The notes below the pieces were generated by a model. The model was not told the DNA's origin. It saw only the letters and a program-made list of their open reading frames with translations, and did no database searches. Made by a program: the position numbers and the translations under genes. A stretch of DNA of 64,000 bases, from NCBI RefSeq assembly GCF_000143415.4, contig NW_003314265.1:3592443-3656442 (forward strand), read 5' to 3'. This document shows, piece after piece, positions 58,673 to 64,000 of this stretch (the stretch's first letter is position 1; the number at the start of each line of letters is the position of its first letter). The DNA comes from Selaginella moellendorffii. Lineage: Eukaryota > Plantae > Lycopodiophyta.

Positions 58673-61629
58673 ATGGCGTCGGCCGACAACAGCAGCGCCG
58701 ATTCGCTGGTGGCCACCAACGGGAATGGGATCCCGAATGGCCTGTCCAAGATCAAGACGCACAAGCACCGCGATGTTTGCACCGATGACAGCGTCCCGCC
58801 GATCAAGGTCCAGAGCCTGGACGAGCTCCACTCGCTCCAGAAGAAGAGATCGGCTCCGTCGACGCCGATTAAGGGGACGACGCCCAAGGGAGCCACCACT
58901 CCCAGAGGCGGCGCCATGTCTCCCTTTGGAGAGAGGCAGCAGATGGAATCCATCAGGTGATCGTTCGTTCCTTCCCATTTTTTATTCGTGGTGGTCATTT
59001 TCTTGGCTAATCCCTCTTTTTATTGTGTGTGTAGTGCTTCCTTGGCTTCTCTCACTCGGGAAAGAGGCCCTCAGGTCGTCCGTGGTGATCCCGAGAATAA
59101 AATCGAGAAGCCTGTCAGCTTGGTCCCTGTGAGGCCGAATATCAGTGACAGTGCCCTCAAGTTCACTCATGTGCTCTACAACCTTTCGCCAGCAGGTGAT
59201 AAGCACTGTTCCATTCGATTGTTTTTTTCTAGCTATTTGCTTTCTGTTGCTTCGATTCTATCTAGGACGTAGCTTAGCTTTAGTTCTTTTTTCCGTTCTT
59301 CGTGAACTTGGTAGCCACACGAGTTGTACGTGTTGGGTTTTGTTCCTGGTTTGGTTTGGTTGTTGTGGGTTGGCAGCTGATTGCATCCACCTTTGATTCT
59401 TTGCTCGCAAAGTTGTTGGTTTGTCATGTTTCTCTCGGCTGATGTTTAACGTGATCTTCATGTGTGTGGTGGCAGAGCTGTATGAGCAGGCTATCAAGTA
59501 TGAGAAGGGCTCGTACATTACGTCCACTGGTGCTCTGGCCACCCTGTCTGGAGCTAAGACTGGACGCTCTCCTAAAGACAAACGCGTTGTGCGAGAGGAG
59601 ACGTCCATGGACGACCTGTGGTGGGGAAAGTAAGCTTTCGAAACAAAGTTTTGCAAAAATCTAATCCTTGCCTTTCACAGAGGTTCTCCAAATATTGAAA
59701 TGGACGCGGAGACTTTCTTGATCAATCGCGAACGAGCTGTGGATTATCTCAACTCTCTGGAGAAGGTGACTTGTGCTAGTTTCTCAAGTCGTGGTGGGAT
59801 TTTGACGTGTTTGCGTTCGCAGGTGTTTGTCAATGACCAGTTTTTAAATTGGGATCCCGAAAACAAAATTAAAGTCCGAATCATATCAGCACGGGCGTAT
59901 CATTCCTTGTTTATGTACAACATGTACGTATCTAAACCCTTTCTCTGCCGTGTGTGTGTGTTACTGGGCCAGCTGCTTGCCTGTCTACCGGACTAGATTC
60001 TAGTGTAGAAGTGCTGAAAGTATGGGTGTCAGGTGTATTCGTCCGACTATTGAAGAGCTCGAGGACTTCGGTGCGCCCGACTTCACAATCTATAACGCTG
60101 GCCAGTTTCCCTGCAACCGGTATACACACTACATGACGTCGTCCACTAGTGTAGATATTAATCTTAAGAGGAGAGAGATGGTGATCCTGGGGACGCAATA
60201 CGCCGGAGAGATGAAGAAGGGTCTATTCAGTGTGATGCACTACCTTATGCCGAAAAGAGGAATTTTGTCGTTGCACTCCGGTTGCAATATGGGAAAGTCC
60301 GGGGATGTCGCGTTGTTTTTTGGATTATCAGGTATTGTATTGGGTCCTAGCTTAGTGGTAGGACGTGTCCTCCTTTTGCTTTTCTAATCGCTTCCTTGTA
60401 CTGTTCTTGTCAGGTACCGGAAAGACCACATTGTCGACGGACCACAACCGGTACTTAATCGGTGACGACGAGCACTGCTGGAGTGACAATGGTGTTTCAA
60501 ACATCGAAGGTGGTTGCTACGCAAAATGTGTGGACTTGTCACCGGAGAAAGAACCTGATATCTTCAACGCTATCAAGTTTGGCACTGGTAAGTTGATACT
60601 TTAATTATTCAGACTACGGGCTCAATGATCGGTTTTTGCAGTGCTGGAAAACGTTGTCTTTGACGAGCACTCTCGGGAAGTTGATTACGAAGACAAGGGT
60701 GTCACTGGTATGTGTTAAGAAGTTTTTCTTATGTGTTTCTTAATACTGTGCGATATTTCGTAGAAAACACTCGAGCCTCATATCCAATCGAGTACATCCC
60801 CAATGTCAAACTTCCTTGCGTCGCAGGCCATCCCAAGAACGTGATATTACTTGCGTGTGACGCGTTTGGGGTCCTCCCTCCTGTCAGCAAGCTCGACTTA
60901 CCGCAAACAATGTACCACTTCATCAGTGGATACACTGCTTTGGTAAGTCTACGTCAAGAGAAAGTATTGATTGTTACAAGTGCGTTGAATTCTTCCAGGT
61001 TGCCGGAACCGAAGATGGAATCAAGGAGCCACAGGCGACTTTCTCTGCCTGCTTCGGGGCGGCCTTTATTATGCTCCATCCCACTCGCTACGCAGCAATG
61101 TTGGCGGAGAAAATGAAAACTTATGGGGCCACGGCATGGCTTGTCAACACCGGCTGGACGGGTGGCAGGTACCTTGTCGCGCTTCTCTCGATGATGCAAA
61201 TAATCTCACACTGTCGTGGCATCTTGTTTGTTTTATCAGCTATGGTGTCGGGATGAGAATGAAGCTGGCCTACACTCGTAAGATCATCGATGCCATCCAC
61301 AATGGCTCGCTGCTGGAAGCAAACTACTCGGAGACTCCAATCTTTAAGCTTCACATTCCAGATCAAGTGGAAGGTGTCCCGTCCGAGTTCCTCCATCCAG
61401 AAAACATGGTAAGAGAAGCTCTTGTGTTTTTTTCCTCGCTTTCTCGTTTCTCGTTCTTTCCATACTCACGAGGCTTTCAATTATTTGGCAGTGGTGGGAC
61501 AAGAAGGCCTATTTCGAGACGCTGAATCGTCTGGCGGGCCTGTTCAAGAAGAACTTCGAGAACTTTACTGACCAGAACGTGGGGAACGCGGACCTGACCA
61601 AGGAAATCCTTGCAGCTGGGCCCGAGTAG
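58673..61629 (+). CDS. PCK1: Phosphoenolpyruvate carboxykinase (ATP), multi-exon
   Basis: [55 protein letters not shown]|GTGKTTLS (P-loop), [33 protein letters not shown]; stop TAG 61627-61629. Confidence 0.98.
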
Positions 61630-62035
61630 CCGCGGAGAAAGATTGGGCAGAAATTCCAGAGCTCCGATGGAGGTGATGGAGTGGAAGAAGTATCGAGGGT
61701 ATAGTTTTCTTTAGATTGTTTGTGTCTCTCCCAGGCTTCTCTTGTCATCAAGGTTACGTACACTCGGTGCTTCTTCGTTCCCTCTCTTGCCATAACTTTC
61801 TTCGTCCCCGAAAACTTTTTACTTTCTACCCTCCCTGTACATTTCTTCTCACCAACAACCGAGCTATTTAAACAAAGGATGATGACGAAATTAAAATATT
61901 TTATATTCACTAGTATATTCTCCTTTACGACTTTAAGGCGTCCTCGTTGCTCTTTCTAGGACGACTCGGGTATTCCTTCTGGCGCTCCAATTTGGCGGCC
62001 AAGGAAGAGGCTAGGCCAAGACTTCCACGCTCAAG

Positions 62036-62850
62036 CTAGCAGGTCTGGAATTCCTGGTATGTAACGTGCTCTAGAATCGTTTCGATCGTCCAAACTTCTC
62101 GTGCAATACGAGGGATGCAGTCAAGCGTTGGCCTTTGGCAGCAACAAAACGCTCCGGTCATAGCGACGGGAAGAGACGGTCTCGCAAGTTGTGCTACGGC
62201 TCTGATGTGGCCGTTTCCAGCGTCATGATCGACATAAACGTCCGAGTTTTCGAGGGGACATACGCTCAAAACAGTGAAGCCAAGCTGGCCTTGGTTTAAT
62301 TCTTTAGGAGAGTTGTGTCAATCCAAGAGCCGTTCCACCTGTTATCTGGAAGCATGGGTGAAAGAGAAGTTTCGGACCACTTATGCGCTTCGATGCTACA
62401 AAGTTTTCCATGGTCCTCAAGGGATGCTTTACATATCCTGATCCTTATCAGGTCAGGGCAGACTGTGGAGTGGAGTGATAAAATTTGCAATGCCAACAGT
62501 TCCTCTTCCGAGCATGAAGTCTGGTCCACCATCCGAGCTCCCTCTTTGTTTGGCCCCTTTGCTTCCGCTTGTCCATAGAGGGACTCCTGGTCGATCTTCC
62601 GATTCTTCCACTGGACAAATCCCCTGATATTCACGTCACCATAGCACCTGAGAGACAGACATTTCTCACCTGAAAGCAAATCTGATTTCATTGGTCCATT
62701 TTCCACATCTTTAATACTCAGCTCTGCAGGAAGAGATCTAATGCTGTTTTGATAGTGTTCTGGTGCCCATTCTGAAGCATGAGACTGATGAATGCAAAAA
62801 TGCAAGTGTGTTGTGAGTTGCTGGGAACCTTGCTCCACTCCTCGATCCAA
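62036..62850 (-). other. Possible unidentified gene or pseudogene
   Basis: 184-codon and 77-codon open frames of protein-like composition beside an AT-rich block starting ~63240; no domain recognised. Confidence 0.3.
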
Positions 62851-64000
62851 AAGATCTTCATGCTTTAAGCTTCATACTCGATCTTCTTGTTCTTTCAGTG
62901 GATGGAAGTAGTGTGGGTGGAAGTTGGAGGACTCCTAACTTGACATAAGAAGAGACTACTTAATATATGAAAGACAACAAGAGAAAAAGCCTTTCTGCTT
63001 GGACTGCTGAATCTGTAAAATGGTCTCAGTCGCCTCATCACTGAATGGCCAATGTCTACCTTGATGGTGCTTGGTGTTGTTGTGGCTTATATAAACTGCC
63101 AAAACAAACTGGAGTTGCTAGCATTCAGAATACAAAACCACAAAGTGTACACCTAGTATCCCCTGAGGCCTTAAGGTGATCACTGCATCACTATCAAATT
63201 GCCTTGGTAACAATATTTGTCCAACTGTGCTTTTATATACATAATTAAGATTCGGATAATTGTTAATAAAACTAAACCCTTTAAATTATGTCTTAAAATA
63301 TTTAAAAATATAGTTTTTTCATAAAAACAAATTTTATTATAAAAGTTTAGGTTCTTAATCTTTGAACTACAAAAATTTTAACAAATGAAAATAAAAATTA
63401 TTTAAGGTATATAAAATCTTTTGATGATTGTTTTTGTTAGGAATCATTTAGTGTGTTGGATAAAATAATTCTAAAAAAATATTTATAATTTTAAATATAT
63501 TTTAACAATTATAATGGACTTTTAAATTTCACTTAGCAACAGTAAGTAACAAAATAAAACACAAATAACTTTATAACTCATTTATTTTAAAATATAATTA
63601 GTGTTGAGGCAACCTTGATGTAGCCAAAATTATAACTTTTTATAGAAATTTTTATAAGTAATTGTGTATGATATTTTGAGAGAGTCAAGGAGTCATTAAT
63701 AAAATTGAACCTTTTAAATTATATTCTAATATATTAACTTTTCCATGTATTACTTTTACTATAATATAGAAATATTTTTTTTTTCATAGTTTCTTCCATA
63801 TAAAAGTTTATGCTTTTAAATTTTAAACTATCATAATTTTTAAACTAGAAGAGTAAAAACTAACTTTTAAAAAGTTATTTTTAAACTATAAAAAATCTTT
63901 TATCTTCAAGCTGATTGAGCATATATAAAGAGAGTGTTAATTAAAAATTTATAATAAAAATTTTATCTTTATAAATATATTTAAATATTATAAAGGTTTT

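Noticed and set aside
63240-64000. AT-rich tail as a specific element
   Set aside because: Probably decayed repeat DNA, but no domain or termini recognisable.

Overview
Eukaryotic plant nuclear DNA with very short (~50-60 bp) GT-AG introns and roughly 22 tightly packed genes. Flagellar genes and PLS-class PPRs are present. The pattern fits a lycophyte such as Selaginella (inference). Two gene-rich blocks (1-13.2 kb and 26.4-61.6 kb) flank an AT-rich transposon island (13.3-26.3 kb) with a 715-N gap. Block 1: VPS13 5' end, DP, SUVR3-like SET, DHHC S-acyltransferase, GNAT, HD-Zip I, DCAF8-like WD40. Island: an RT-less Ty3/Gypsy element with both LTRs, an intron-retaining TsaD/GCP1 pseudogene, a complete 464-bp TRIM and a decayed Gypsy pol, all marked by extreme C>T/G>A transition bias. 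Block 2: C2-domain gene, RBBP6/PQT3-like E3, an orphan repeat protein resembling microtubule-inner proteins, a divergent cyclin, a Q-rich At5g07940-family gene, MORN3, two PPRs, patatin, a DAZ1/ZAT-like zinc finger, RKD, tRNA-Arg(UCU), an SRPBCC gene plus pseudocopy, CCDC47 and PEPCK. Best leads: the SAXO-like orphan, a possible gamete-gene neighbourhood, a uORF/alternative-donor switch that could give the HD-Zip I a Met-Cys N-degron, and the hypermutated island. All homology calls are from motif recognition by eye, not searches; exon edges are hand-predicted.
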